Source: an uncultured Verrucomicrobiae bacterium
GTDB lineage: Bacteria; Verrucomicrobiota; Verrucomicrobiia; Chthoniobacterales; JAFAMB01
Direction: 5' to 3'
Assembly (NCBI GenBank): GCA_963762565.1
Contig: CAVXLD010000005.1
Coordinates: 160,001-224,000 of the forward strand
Length of the DNA: 64,000 nt
Part shown: in pieces, positions 49,695 through 59,575 of the stretch
Layout of the letters: every line of letters begins with the position of its first letter
Position numbering within the stretch: the first letter of the stretch is position 1
Translations under genes and position numbers: made by a program
Notes under the pieces: generated by a model
The model's input: only the letters and a program-made list of their open reading frames with translations
Told to the model about the DNA's origin: nothing
Databases searched by the model: none

Positions 49695-50603
49695 CTAGGA
49701 AGCAAGCAACGCCTTACGTAGCTTGCACACCATCGTGTAAGCGGGATCGAATATGTTTCCTAGATCATATTCAACACATTGGCCGAGGAGAATGCTGGCG
49801 CTGACGGTGTCCAAGCCATAATCCTCGCCGAGCCAACGCAGCATTTCCGTTGTGGCATGCTGCACCGCTTGATCCAGCGGCCGAGCGTTCCCAACGGCGA
49901 AGATATATTCCTGGTTTTCGCCGCGAGGCCAACGAATCCGTTTTCCTTTGCTCAAGCGGACGGTGAATTGGACTTCCATCGAGATTTCTATCCCGGTACC
50001 GACGATCTCGCCGTCGCCTTGAGTGGCATGACCATCTCCAACATGGAGCAGAGCACCCGGCGCAAAGACGGGAAAATAGACCGTTACGCCCGCAGCAAAC
50101 CCTCGGTAATCCATATTTCCACCATGTTCAGCCGAGGTGTCAGTCGAGATCGCTTGGCCTTTCGACGGAGCTACTCCGAAGCAACCAAGCATCGGCGCCA
50201 GGGGGATGGTCAGATTTCTGAGCTTGGTATCTTTTTTCAGCAAACTGGCGGTTCCGCCCTTGTTATCGATCCGCCATTCCACCACGTCCGATTCGGGGAG
50301 CTGGCGAACAAAGGATGGATCCACCACATTCGGCGCGACCACCGAACGGGTGTACCCAATCGCCCGATTCGGCGAGATCCGATCTAACTCAACGACCAGG
50401 GTGTCACCCGGTTCTGCGCCATCGACGTAAAAGGGGCCGGTCTGGGGATTCCCTCGCGGTGTCACTTCCGTATCGCTCGCGTCCTTACCCCAAGCATCAA
50501 CCGTGGTCGTGATGACGGTATCGCCGTTCGCGATGTGCAACACCGGCGGATGCGAACCGATAACAGTGTGATAATGAGTGGGCTGGAAATGGTGGGTCGC
50601 CAT
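49695..50603 (-). CDS. Acetamidase/formamidase family protein
   Basis: NPQTGPFYVDGAEPGD, HGGNMD, GDGHATQGDGEI.GTGIE. Confidence 0.92.
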   Translation of the reverse strand: MATHHFQPTHYHTVIGSHPPVLHIANGDTVITTTVDAWGKDASDTEVTPRGNPQTGPFYVDGAEPGDTLVVELDRISPNRAIGYTRSVVAPNVVDPSFVRQLPESDVVEWRIDNKGGTASLLKKDTKLRNLTIPLAPMLGCFGVAPSKGQAISTDTSAEHGGNMDYRGFAAGVTVYFPVFAPGALLHVGDGHATQGDGEIVGTGIEISMEVQFTVRLSKGKRIRWPRGENQEYIFAVGNARPLDQAVQHATTEMLRWLGEDYGLDTVSASILLGQCVEYDLGNIFDPAYTMVCKLRKALLAS

Positions 50604-50690
50604 GGTCTGATCTCACGCGATGTGGTCGTGGACGCAAGGACCGAGTGGGCGAAACGGCGAAACGGCGCACGCGCGAATGGGCGAGACGCC

Positions 50691-50964
50691 TGGAGGGGAG
50701 CCGCTTTGGCGCGTGCCCAAGAATCCCGCGAATTTGCTCCGTCATGATCACGGCCGAGAAGCGTGCACAACAAGCGGCTCCCGCGATTGACCCAGCGCTA
50801 CGTTAGTTCTCCGGCCCGCGCAGAAAACGAATCAATGAAGCGTTGGATGAAGCATCCCGTTGGGTAATTTCCGGGAGCCGCTTGCTTTCACGTTTTCAAG
50901 CCAGGCTCGCGATATGACAAATATCGTGAGGTCTTTAGGCGCGCGCCAAAGCGGCTCCCCTCCA
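50691..50964. repeat. REPIN-like four-arm cassette, family A copy 1 (flanked by inverted octamer arrays 50644-50690 and 50978-51015)
   Basis: TGGAGGGGAGCCGC-69nt-GCGGCTCCC-90nt-GGGAGCCGC-69nt-GCGGCTCCCCTCCA. Confidence 0.85.
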
Positions 50965-51016
50965 GGCGCTCCGCGCCCGGTCGCCGTCTCGCCCATTCGC
51001 CCATTCGCCGTTTCAC

Positions 51017-52567
51017 CTAGCCCTTCCGCTTCCGCCTCGGTTTGACCGGCTTCGAGTCGAACGACCAGCGCCCAAGGCGATAGGTGCGCGCGTAACCGGA
51101 TGTGCGGTTAGCAATGGTTACCGTTAGCGATCCACTGGAATCGCATTCGTATCGTTCCTCGATGTTCTGAGAGGCAGCTTCCGGCGAACGCACCACCGGC
51201 GTTTTTTGCAGGTCGCTCTTATTTGCCAGCGCAGGATCAAAGGGAAAACGGATTTCGTCCCAGAGCGCGATTTCGCCACTGGGCACTCCCGAAGGTGGAC
51301 GATGACTGCACTCCAAGAAACGGAAATGGCCGATATTGTGGGCAGGAGAATAGCAGCGGCTTAACGAGAGATTCGGCTCCCCGGGTGATGGTAATCTCAG
51401 TCCTTTTTCAAATAACGGATCGAAAATGATGCTGGTTCCGCCGTATCCTTCTCTCCACACACCGAAGTATCGGGAAAGATGTTCGCTTAACCGATAGGTG
51501 CCCGGCTGATCGGCTTGGATCGCCAGCCCAATGGCCGTTGCCGAACGGGCGTAAGCGGACCGTCGAACCCGCCGTCCAAATCGTTCCCGCAACATTCTCG
51601 AAACCAAAGGCATTTCACTTCCGCCGCCGGTGATATAGAGAACGTCGCACTCAGGGCTTAGATCCTCTGCTGCCCGAATCGTCTCTTCTACTGCCGGGCG
51701 AGCCGTTTCGTAAAAGTCTCCGATCGGAACCTGGACCGCTTGCCAATCCTGATTCGCGTGCTCCAAGTCAACCGTGATTCGGCGCGTATTGGGGTTTAAC
51801 GCCTCCTTTTTGAGCCGGCATTCTTCCAGGAGACGAAACCAAGCGGAGGCCGGCAGGTTGTCGATGGCCTTTTGACTGAGTCCAGCCACCTCCAAAGCGA
51901 GCTCAGCCAGCATCTGGTCGAAGTCGTCTCCGCCGATGGTGGGGATGCCCTCGGAAGCAACGACGTGATGCACATTCTCATCGAGCTTGACCAGCGAAGC
52001 ATCGAAAGTGCCGCCACCAAGGTCGTACACTAGAATCGTTTCCGGGCTACTCTTGCTCTGTCTCTTGCCGTGCCCGAATTCGATGCTCGCAGCACTGGGC
52101 TCATTCAACACACCGAGTACGTCGAATCCCGCGTTCCGAAACGACTCCACGGTAAGAAAACGCTGATTGCTATTAGCATGGGCGGGAACACCAAGAACAA
52201 TCTGCAGGGTCTCACCAGTGGGGGTCTGCAAGTTTGAGCGTTGGCGCAAGGTGGCCAACAAAGCGCTTGTGAGGCCGTCAAGCAGGGCAGCCAATTTCAA
52301 TTGGTTTTCACCAAGATCGAGGAGAGTTTGCGGGCCGGCGTCTTCCAACAACCGTTTTATCGAGCGAATCACCGTCCATGATTCGTCGCCTTGTTTATCG
52401 TAGGCGTCCCACCCGTACGACCGTTCATCGCCTCGGATCGCTACCAACGACGGAAACCAATCTGCCGAAGTTCCATCGGGTGCATCGAAGCTAACGAGTG
52501 GGTAATTGCCGCGATCGGCGGCAGCGACTACGATCCGATTAGTACCAAAATCAACACCTAACTTCAC
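51017..52567 (-). CDS. Atypical Hsp70-family protein
   Basis: GVDFGT, NEPSAA, YDLGGGTFD, GGDDFD, TGGGS; C-terminal region not DnaK-like. Confidence 0.88.
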   Translation of the reverse strand: MKLGVDFGTNRIVVAAADRGNYPLVSFDAPDGTSADWFPSLVAIRGDERSYGWDAYDKQGDESWTVIRSIKRLLEDAGPQTLLDLGENQLKLAALLDGLTSALLATLRQRSNLQTPTGETLQIVLGVPAHANSNQRFLTVESFRNAGFDVLGVLNEPSAASIEFGHGKRQSKSSPETILVYDLGGGTFDASLVKLDENVHHVVASEGIPTIGGDDFDQMLAELALEVAGLSQKAIDNLPASAWFRLLEECRLKKEALNPNTRRITVDLEHANQDWQAVQVPIGDFYETARPAVEETIRAAEDLSPECDVLYITGGGSEMPLVSRMLRERFGRRVRRSAYARSATAIGLAIQADQPGTYRLSEHLSRYFGVWREGYGGTSIIFDPLFEKGLRLPSPGEPNLSLSRCYSPAHNIGHFRFLECSHRPPSGVPSGEIALWDEIRFPFDPALANKSDLQKTPVVRSPEAASQNIEERYECDSSGSLTVTIANRTSGYARTYRLGRWSFDSKPVKPRRKRKG

Positions 52568-52640
52568 TACCCGTATAGTGTAACGAAGTTGTGCAATCCG
52601 CTAGGCGGGCACTGCGTTTTTTAGAAGTTAAGAGTTCTTG

Positions 52641-52931
52641 GGTGGGGCGAGGCTCCCGCAAGGTGAGATGTCTTGACCGAAGGAATCAAAATTTCCGGCC
52701 CCGATTTAATCAGGCTAGGCCAATACGTTCGCCGAGCCGCGGCCCGGCGTTCACCAGCACCCGGTGGGAGAAAACGGCGCTGAGATTCGCGCGCTGACAG
52801 GGGAGGAAACATTAGAGCTGGCAAGCGCTGGGACCGGCTCGGCGCGCGTAGAGGCGTAGGTCGCGGCTGGGAAACGGAAAGCTCAGTTTCTTCGCACGTA
52901 CCATTTGGCCATTCGGGAGCCTCGCCCCACC
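52641..52931. repeat. REPIN-like four-arm cassette, family B copy 3
   Basis: Arms with 72, 95 and 70 nt spacers. Confidence 0.85.
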
Positions 52932-53003
52932 ATCGCGGACACGCCGCTTCGCGCTTGTCCTTGCCCGTCCACCTTGATACGCTCACTCGCCGGAGGAAAA
53001 ACG

Positions 53004-53393
53004 ATGTCGGACCGTAACACTATCAGTATCCTTATTTCTCAGGAAGCATCTGAACCGCCGAAAAGAGTCGCCGGCATTCCCTGGTATCCGGGGATCACGG
53101 TTTTGCAGGCAATGGTGATCGCACAATCGATGCACCCTGGAAGCTTCTCGTTCCGAGTGCTTTACCATTCATTTTACGGCGCCTTCGTCGACATGATCGA
53201 CGGCGCCACCGATGCGGACCCGAAGTATTGGACTGTTTCGGTCAGCAATAACCCATTACCTGTCGGTGTGAGCGAAGCGATCGTGCTCGAAGACAGGCAA
53301 GGGGAAAACGTTGAAATCGAATGGCGCTTCGGCATCCCGGAGGCCGACGACGCAGCCCAAGCGTCGCGTAAGACGAAGGCTTTAGCGGAGTGA
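53004..53393 (+). CDS. DUF4430-like (transcobalamin C-terminal-like) protein
   Basis: TVLQAM, YGAFVDMIDG, YW..SV, VGVS pattern; start at ATG 53004. Confidence 0.6.
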   Translation: MSDRNTISILISQEASEPPKRVAGIPWYPGITVLQAMVIAQSMHPGSFSFRVLYHSFYGAFVDMIDGATDADPKYWTVSVSNNPLPVGVSEAIVLEDRQGENVEIEWRFGIPEADDAAQASRKTKALAE

Positions 53394-53426
53394 GCGCCCC
53401 GGTAGGGACGATCCCCCGCATTTCTT

Positions 53427-53522
53427 GGTGGGGCGAGGCTCCCGAACGACCTAGAATTGTCAGCGAAGAATTCGAACCTGGCTAAACTGGGCGTCTGCTT
53501 CGCCGTTTGGCTTGCCGAGCCG
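53427..53522. repeat. Family B half-cassette
   Basis: GGTGGGGCGAGGCTCCCG-69nt-GCCGAGCCG. Confidence 0.8.
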
Positions 53523-53572
53523 TGTCCCAGCGTTTGGCAGCGGTTTGAGAAGGAAAAGGGACCCGGTTGCGG

Positions 53573-54319
53573 TTACAAGTGGTTCTGCCCGGTGTGTTCG
53601 AGCAACGAAATCAAGCCCTCCGGCGTGCATTCGCCGGTAATGGTGATTCGTGGCAGTCGGAGTGGATCATCGCCTAGCTTACTAATGCCTTCTTCAGTGG
53701 TAACCGCGACTGTGGTACCAGCCTCTCCGACTACCCGGCGAACGGATTCGTTTTGGTCGCCGTAAGGATAAGCAAGCGTTGGAACCGGAACCCCCAGGCC
53801 TTCTTCGAGAATCGCCCGAGTTCTCTTTGTGTCCTCCGCTAGCTCCTTGGACGTCATTTCGGTCATCTTTTTGTGGATGCAGGAATGAGCACCGAACTCG
53901 ATTCCTATCGGCTGAAGGGATTTGATCTCCTCCCAAGACATTAACGGTGCGCAGTCGCCAAAGCTTGCATCCCAAAGCGCGGTTTGGCCAATTCGCTCCG
54001 CCACTAAAAACATGGTTGCGGAAAAGTCATGGCGGCGGAGTGCCGGCACCCCTCCGCTTAGAAAATCACTGTATCCGTCGTCGAAAGTCAGTAACATGCG
54101 TTTTCCGCGGACTGGGCGAAGCTGAATCGCGGCGTCGGCCCAGTCTGCGAGCGTAATAGTTTGGTACCCGGCGCGATGAAGCGCGGCCATATGAGCATCA
54201 AAAAGCTCCGGTGCTACGCGCCATCTTTTCAGACCGGGCGGCCCGTCCGTTGCAATTCGGTGGTACATGAGGATGGGAACGCAAGAGGTGTGCGCGTCTG
54301 CTGTGTCGAGTTCCGGCAT
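53573..54319 (-). CDS. Polysaccharide deacetylase (CE4/NodB family)
   Basis: PILMYH, LTFDDG, GAHSCIH, AYPYG, LPRI. Confidence 0.9.
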   Translation of the reverse strand: MPELDTADAHTSCVPILMYHRIATDGPPGLKRWRVAPELFDAHMAALHRAGYQTITLADWADAAIQLRPVRGKRMLLTFDDGYSDFLSGGVPALRRHDFSATMFLVAERIGQTALWDASFGDCAPLMSWEEIKSLQPIGIEFGAHSCIHKKMTEMTSKELAEDTKRTRAILEEGLGVPVPTLAYPYGDQNESVRRVVGEAGTTVAVTTEEGISKLGDDPLRLPRITITGECTPEGLISLLEHTGQNHL

Positions 54320-54333
54320 AAGGCGAGGGTTGG

Positions 54334-54729
54334 CTACAATTCTGAAACCATCAACCGAATTGTGGCGCTGCGCGCAGCGACCCGCTCCGGCTCTTCCGTA
54401 GCGATCGGCCTTAGCTCAAGCGTTTGACCGTATTTTAGGCAGGTAGCGCTGTTTGCCAGCTCGACTGCCGCCTCAAAACTCTCTGCGTCGAAGATAATCA
54501 AACCTGCGATTGCTTCTTTAGATTCGATAAAAGGGCCGTCAACAATCACATCTTTACCTTCAAATAATTTCCCCCGGTGCACCAAAGGAACCGCGACTTT
54601 GATAGTTCCCGCCTCCTTAAGGCGTGTCACCCAGGCGCTGAATTCATCGAGGATCTTTTCGATTTCAGCGTCTGAAAAGTCCTTTTGCCAAGCCGTGTTG
54701 CGGATCAACAACAAATACTCGGATGCCAT
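54334..54729 (-). CDS. YciI/DGPF family protein
   Basis: VDGPFIESKEAIAG, LELRP; probable start ATG 54729. Confidence 0.85.
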   Translation of the reverse strand: MASEYLLLIRNTAWQKDFSDAEIEKILDEFSAWVTRLKEAGTIKVAVPLVHRGKLFEGKDVIVDGPFIESKEAIAGLIIFDAESFEAAVELANSATCLKYGQTLELRPIATEEPERVAARSATIRLMVSEL

Positions 54730-55014
54730 ATCTTGAGCGGGCGCTTTTGAAGTGGAGGTTTTTCTTCCTTTCAATCGTTAACAGAGTTCTTCGGATCGAT
54801 CAGTGACTGTAATGGGGGCTTCGAGACGACCCTAACCTCGAATGGGAGCGCACCGCCGACTGGGATGGGAAACATGCATTCAAAAAGCCCTACCCACATT
54901 GGGTGATTTATGAAAAGGGGTCCGGTAAAGGTTCCGACGGAGTAGTCGAGAACGCTGGATTGGCGAATCAAGCTGGATGGCAGATTCGCGCGCTGACGCA
55001 GTATCTTGCGGAGT

Positions 55015-55152
55015 ACAAATTGACCCTAAAGATGGAGAAGAAGTAAAACGGCGACTCAAGCAGATCAACGCCGATCGCCTCCTGGTTCAAAAGCGTTAAA
55101 GTGCCGACCAGCTCATCAGATTGCCGGAGGCGCCTGTCACCAGAATCCGCAT
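55015..55152 (-). pseudogene. Frameshifted N-terminal remnant of an NAD-dependent epimerase
   Basis: MRILVTGASGNL, then after a frameshift DELVGTLTLLNQEAIGVDLLESPF; no further intact frame. Confidence 0.55.
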
Positions 55153-55174
55153 CGCTGGCTAGCGCCAGCTTTAC

Positions 55175-55288
55175 CTAAGCGGTCTTCTTTGTGTCTTCTT
55201 TCTTAGCGGCAACGGTCTTGAGGCGTTCCACCTTAGCAGCGCGCCGTTTCCGGTGTTTTACATTCACACGACCTTTGTAAGCTCCCAT
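55175..55288 (-). CDS. Small highly basic protein (37 aa)
   Basis: Manual translation MGAYKGRVNVKHRKRRAAKVERLKTVAAKKEDTKKTA; below ORF-track cutoff. Confidence 0.55.
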   Translation of the reverse strand: MGAYKGRVNVKHRKRRAAKVERLKTVAAKKEDTKKTA

Positions 55289-55373
55289 AATCCCGAGGAT
55301 CTTAGTCGAAAGGGCCTCGGTTACAAGGGGGACGGGCAGGAAAATCGTGCCGTGCTTGAATTGGGACGTGGAC

Positions 55374-55642
55374 TGGAGGGGAGCTGCTTTGGCGCGCGCC
55401 TGACGACCTCTCGATATTTGTTATATCGCGTGCCTGATCTAAAAACGTGAAAACAAGCGGCTCCCGCGAATTACCCAGCGTTTCACCCACGGTGTCATTG
55501 ATTCGTCTTCTGCCCGACTGGTAGAACTGCACAGCGCTGGGCCATTCGCGGGAGCCGCCTGTTGAGCACACTTCTGAGCTGTGATCATGAAAAAGCAATC
55601 TTGATCTAATTCTTAGGCACGCGGCAAAGCGGCTCCCCTCCA
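55374..55642. repeat. REPIN-like four-arm cassette, family A copy 2
   Basis: Spacers 69, 84, 70 nt; roughly the reverse complement of copy 1. Confidence 0.85.
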
Positions 55643-55695
55643 AAGCGCTTGCTCCAAGACTCCAACACTCCAATACTCCATCACTCCGATCGCCT

Positions 55696-56943
55696 ATGAA
55701 GATCACCGAAATCCGGGCTACTACGGTCACGGTTCCGCTCGAGGCTCCTTTGCGCCATAGCAACGGCGCCCATTGGGGCCGATTCGTTCGCACAGTGGTG
55801 GAAGTCGAAACCGACGAAGGCATCACTGGACTAGGCGAAATGGGTGGCGGCGGTGAAAGCGCCGCTTCAGCCTTTGCCGGGCTAAAAACGTACTTGCTTG
55901 GACACGATCCGTTCGACCTCAATCGGATGCGGTACGCGATCTGTAACCCGACGGCGTCACTCTATAATAACCGGACGCAGCTCCATGCAGCACTGGAGTT
56001 TGCTTGCCTGGATATCATTGGGAAAAAACTGGGAGTGCCCGTCTATCAGTTATTCGGCGGCCGAGTACGCGACGAGATGAGATTCGCCAGTTATCTCTTT
56101 TATCGCTATCCCAACCCGAAATCTGGCGGTGGCGAGGTGCGCACGATCGAGCAACTCGTCGCTCAAGCGAAGGCATTAAAGGCCGAGCATGGCTTTACAA
56201 CCCACAAGCTCAAAGCGGGTGTTTTTCCTCCGGATTATGAATTGGAATGTTACCGGGCGCTGGCTGCCGCCTTCCCGGACGACACCTTACGTTACGACCC
56301 GAATTGTTCTCTCTCGTTCGAGCAGGCGTTGCGCTTTGGCCAGGCAATATCGGGGCTCCGGAACGATTTCTTGGAGGACCCGACTTGGGGGTTTGCCGGC
56401 ATGCGTCATTTGCGGGAAAAGCTGTCCACTCCGCTCGCGACCAATACGATCGTGATCAACTTCGAACAACTGGCAACCAATGTGCACGACCCCGCTGTTG
56501 ATGTGATCCTTCTGGACACAACGTTCTGGGGCGGGATTCGGCCCTGTATCCGGGCTGCCCAAATCTGCGAAACATTCGGTCTCAGCATCGCCGTGCATTC
56601 ATCTGGCGAGCTCGGGATTCAACTGGCCACGATGCTTCATCTCGGGGCGGTGCTACCTAACCTGACTTTTGCCGCGGACGCGCATTACCATCATCTTCTC
56701 GACGATGTCATCGTCGGCGGCAAGATGGGGTACCAGAATGGCTGTATCCCGGTGCCGAAAGGGCCTGGTCTCGGCATCACCTTGGACCGCGAAAAGCTCG
56801 AGACTTACGCAGAACTATATCGTTCGCTTGGCGGTTACCCCTACGATCGTGATCCAGGCCGTCCTGATTGGTACCCTCTGCTGCCAAATACCGATTTTGC
56901 TGATCCCAGGGACGGTACAACGCCAGATCTTAGCAGTCGCTAG
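55696..56943 (+). CDS. Enolase-superfamily dehydratase (glucarate dehydratase-related)
   Basis: KLKAG, RYDPN, EDP, ATN, HSS motifs. Confidence 0.85.
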   Translation: MKITEIRATTVTVPLEAPLRHSNGAHWGRFVRTVVEVETDEGITGLGEMGGGGESAASAFAGLKTYLLGHDPFDLNRMRYAICNPTASLYNNRTQLHAALEFACLDIIGKKLGVPVYQLFGGRVRDEMRFASYLFYRYPNPKSGGGEVRTIEQLVAQAKALKAEHGFTTHKLKAGVFPPDYELECYRALAAAFPDDTLRYDPNCSLSFEQALRFGQAISGLRNDFLEDPTWGFAGMRHLREKLSTPLATNTIVINFEQLATNVHDPAVDVILLDTTFWGGIRPCIRAAQICETFGLSIAVHSSGELGIQLATMLHLGAVLPNLTFAADAHYHHLLDDVIVGGKMGYQNGCIPVPKGPGLGITLDREKLETYAELYRSLGGYPYDRDPGRPDWYPLLPNTDFADPRDGTTPDLSSR

Positions 56944-57729
56944 GTCCCTCCCGGGAACGAAAGCATGGAGGGGAGCCGCTTTGGCGTGTGTACCGCCACC
57001 TGGCAGCATTCGTCGCAAAACAAATGCGGCCGAAACGTGTGAAAACAGGCGGCTCCCGGAAGCGTTCCAACGTGATGCAGCTCTATTGCTCGGGTGTAGA
57101 CGAAATCGGAAGGCGCGGGCTAGAGACAGCACCGTGGGTCGTTCCCGGGAGTCGCCTGATGCGACATTCTCTGGTCGGACGGAACGCTGAAACAAATAAC
57201 GCGAGGTCGTACGACAAATGCCAAAGCGGCTCCCCTCCAAGCGATTCAAACCTCTACTACGCGCCACTGAACGCGGAGGATAAGTCCCCGGCACGGAACG
57301 GAAACTGATCGCGATCCGGTTCCAACTGTTGATTGCCGTAATCGCAAGCGTCAGGTTAACCAGCTCGGTTTCATTGAAATGCTCGCGCGCTGCTTGGAAA
57401 GCTGCTTCGGGAACATGCGTCTCCGAGATTCGAGTCACAGTCTCGCTCCAGGCCAATGCCGCTCGTTCGCGTTCAGTATAGAAAGGCGTTTCCCGCCATG
57501 CGGTCAACGCTACCAGACGTTGCGGAGTTTCACCGGCGGCCAATGCATCTTTGCTGTGCATGTCCAGGCAATAAGCACATCCGTTAATTTGGGATGCGCG
57601 CATCTTCACCAATTCCAGCATTGATTTTTCGAGACCGCAATTGGCGAGATAGCGTTCAAATGCCTGTAGGTGCTTAATCCCTTCGGGTGCAACTTTGTAG
57701 TAGGCGATTCGGGGCTCATCAATGTTCAT
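56815..57729 (-). CDS. Carboxymuconolactone decarboxylase/AhpD family protein; conserved part ends near 57280, ORF reads on through the repeat
   Basis: [41 protein letters not shown]. Confidence 0.85.
   Translation of the reverse strand: MNIDEPRIAYYKVAPEGIKHLQAFERYLANCGLEKSMLELVKMRASQINGCAYCLDMHSKDALAAGETPQRLVALTAWRETPFYTERERAALAWSETVTRISETHVPEAAFQAAREHFNETELVNLTLAITAINSWNRIAISFRSVPGTYPPRSVARSRGLNRLEGSRFGICRTTSRYLFQRSVRPENVASGDSRERPTVLSLARAFRFRLHPSNRAASRWNASGSRLFSHVSAAFVLRRMLPGGGTHAKAAPLHAFVPGRDLATAKIWRCTVPGISKIGIWQQRVPIRTAWITIVGVTAKRTI
56966..57239. repeat. REPIN-like four-arm cassette, family A copy 3
   Basis: Spacers 69, 89, 70 nt. Confidence 0.85.
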
Positions 57730-57803
57730 CACCGGGCAAATTGGCGCCGGAACCGGTACACCGGAAGATCCATAATCGATATAATGTACCGGTCCACTTC
57801 AGT

Positions 57804-57892
57804 GGCGCGCGGGGACGCGCGCCCTCCCCGAACGCCAAACGCCGAACCCAAACGCCAAACGCCAAACGCCGAACGCCGAACGCCAAACGCCG
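57804..57892. repeat. Single family C REP followed by AACGCCR heptamer array
   Basis: ggcgcgcggggacgcgcgccctcccc then aacgccaaacgccgaac... Confidence 0.8.
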
Positions 57893-57895
57893 CGC

Positions 57896-58618
57896 CTACC
57901 AGCGTCCAGCATGGGCGCCCCCGTCGATGTGCAGGATTTCTCCAGTGACGAAGGTGGCCGATGTGAGATACAACACAGCGTCAACGATCTCCGAAATCGT
58001 AGCCAGCCGATGAATCGGATGAAGTTGACTTAGAAGGTTGTGATCGTCGTTTTCGTGCATCGGCGTATCAACTACGCCCGGGGAAATGGTATTGATGCGA
58101 ATCCCTTTTGCCGCGTATTCAATAGCAAGTGCCCGCGTAACCGCGTTCAAGCCGCCTTTGGTTAACAATTGTAGAGCGCAGGGAGCGCCGGCGAAAGGCT
58201 GGTCGACCAGCGATGTCGAGATATTGACGATATGTCCCGACTCCTGGTGCAGCATCTGCCGAATGGCGCCTTGAGTAATATAAAAGAAGCCTCCCAAGAT
58301 CGTCGATACGAGCGCATTGAAATCTTCCGTAGTGTACTCCGTGAATGGCTTAGGTATGAAAATTCCGGCATTATTGACCAGCACATCAATGCGGCCAAAT
58401 CGTTCTATCGCGGTATCAGCGACTTTCTGCGCCGTGGGGGCATCACCGATATCTCCGTCTACTAATGCAAGCCGGGATGAAGCGGTGAGGTCCGTCGATT
58501 TGGTAACGCTGCGTGAAGTGCCGACGACGTTATAACCCTCTTCCAAAAATCGACTTACTAGCCCGGCTCCAATCCCTTTGGATGCACCTGTTACAATTGC
58601 TGTTTTTTTCGTTGTCAT
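57896..58618 (-). CDS. SDR family oxidoreductase
   Basis: TGASKGIG, NNAGIF, TKGGLNA, DGGAHAG. Confidence 0.92.
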   Translation of the reverse strand: MTTKKTAIVTGASKGIGAGLVSRFLEEGYNVVGTSRSVTKSTDLTASSRLALVDGDIGDAPTAQKVADTAIERFGRIDVLVNNAGIFIPKPFTEYTTEDFNALVSTILGGFFYITQGAIRQMLHQESGHIVNISTSLVDQPFAGAPCALQLLTKGGLNAVTRALAIEYAAKGIRINTISPGVVDTPMHENDDHNLLSQLHPIHRLATISEIVDAVLYLTSATFVTGEILHIDGGAHAGRW

Positions 58619-58627
58619 ACGCGTTTT

Positions 58628-59563
58628 CTACTTCAATCCCTGTTCCTTCATGAAGGCTTCGGTTAGCTGAATAATCTCCGCGGCTTTCAAATCCATCGCG
58701 AAATGTCCGGCCTTCAGGATATGAACCTCGGCCTGCGGATCATCGCGTCGATAGGCTTCGCCGCCGGCGACAGTAAAGGAAGTGTCGTACCGCCCCCAAA
58801 GCACCAGCATTGGAGGCTTATGATCCCGCAACCATTGTTGCCACTTCGGATAAGATTTTACGTTGTTTTGATAGTCGTAAAACAGGTCTAACTGGATATC
58901 CGCCTGTCCGGGCTGGTTTAGGAAGTAATATTCATCGACCCAGAGATCAGGATTGTACAATGAGAGATCAGGCGATGTTCCCACATGCCGTTTCTTCGTT
59001 GCCTCGAGCGATAGAAGGTTAGTTCGTACCTCGGATTCGTGGGCAGCTCGATCCTCCCAGAAAGCGCGACGAACGGTCCAAAGCGGCGATAATCCTTCTT
59101 CATGGGATACGGCATTTTGGATAATCATGGCTTGAATCTTGTCCGGATTTGCCAATGCCATGCGGAATCCAACGGGACCTCCGTAGTCTTGCATAAACAA
59201 AGTATATCGGGTCAGATGCAGTTCATCTGCAAAATCCTGCATTACTTTGGCGAGAGCGTCGAAAGTGTAAGCAAACTCTTTTGGGCTAGGCCAAGAGGAA
59301 TGACCAAACCCGGGATAGTCGGGCGCAACGAGATGATAATCTTCTGCCAGACTCGATTCCAATAGCGGTTGAAACATCCGAGATGATGATGGCAACCCGT
59401 GCAGAAGAAGGATGACCGGACCGTCTTTTGGCCCCGCCTCTCGATAGAATATGTTTAGACCGTCCACGTGAACGGACTGGTAGACGACAGCGGACGAAGT
59501 GGCAGCGGTGGCGGTATTCATAACGAAGAACAATGCCAGGAAAACAAAGCCAAGCGGCTTCAT
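58628..59563 (-). CDS. Alpha/beta hydrolase (epoxide hydrolase-like), exported
   Basis: Signal peptide, LLHGLPSSS, PDYPGFG, QDYGG nucleophile, AGHF. Confidence 0.9.
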   Translation of the reverse strand: MKPLGFVFLALFFVMNTATAATSSAVVYQSVHVDGLNIFYREAGPKDGPVILLLHGLPSSSRMFQPLLESSLAEDYHLVAPDYPGFGHSSWPSPKEFAYTFDALAKVMQDFADELHLTRYTLFMQDYGGPVGFRMALANPDKIQAMIIQNAVSHEEGLSPLWTVRRAFWEDRAAHESEVRTNLLSLEATKKRHVGTSPDLSLYNPDLWVDEYYFLNQPGQADIQLDLFYDYQNNVKSYPKWQQWLRDHKPPMLVLWGRYDTSFTVAGGEAYRRDDPQAEVHILKAGHFAMDLKAAEIIQLTEAFMKEQGLK

Positions 59564-59575
59564 AGGTTAATACAG

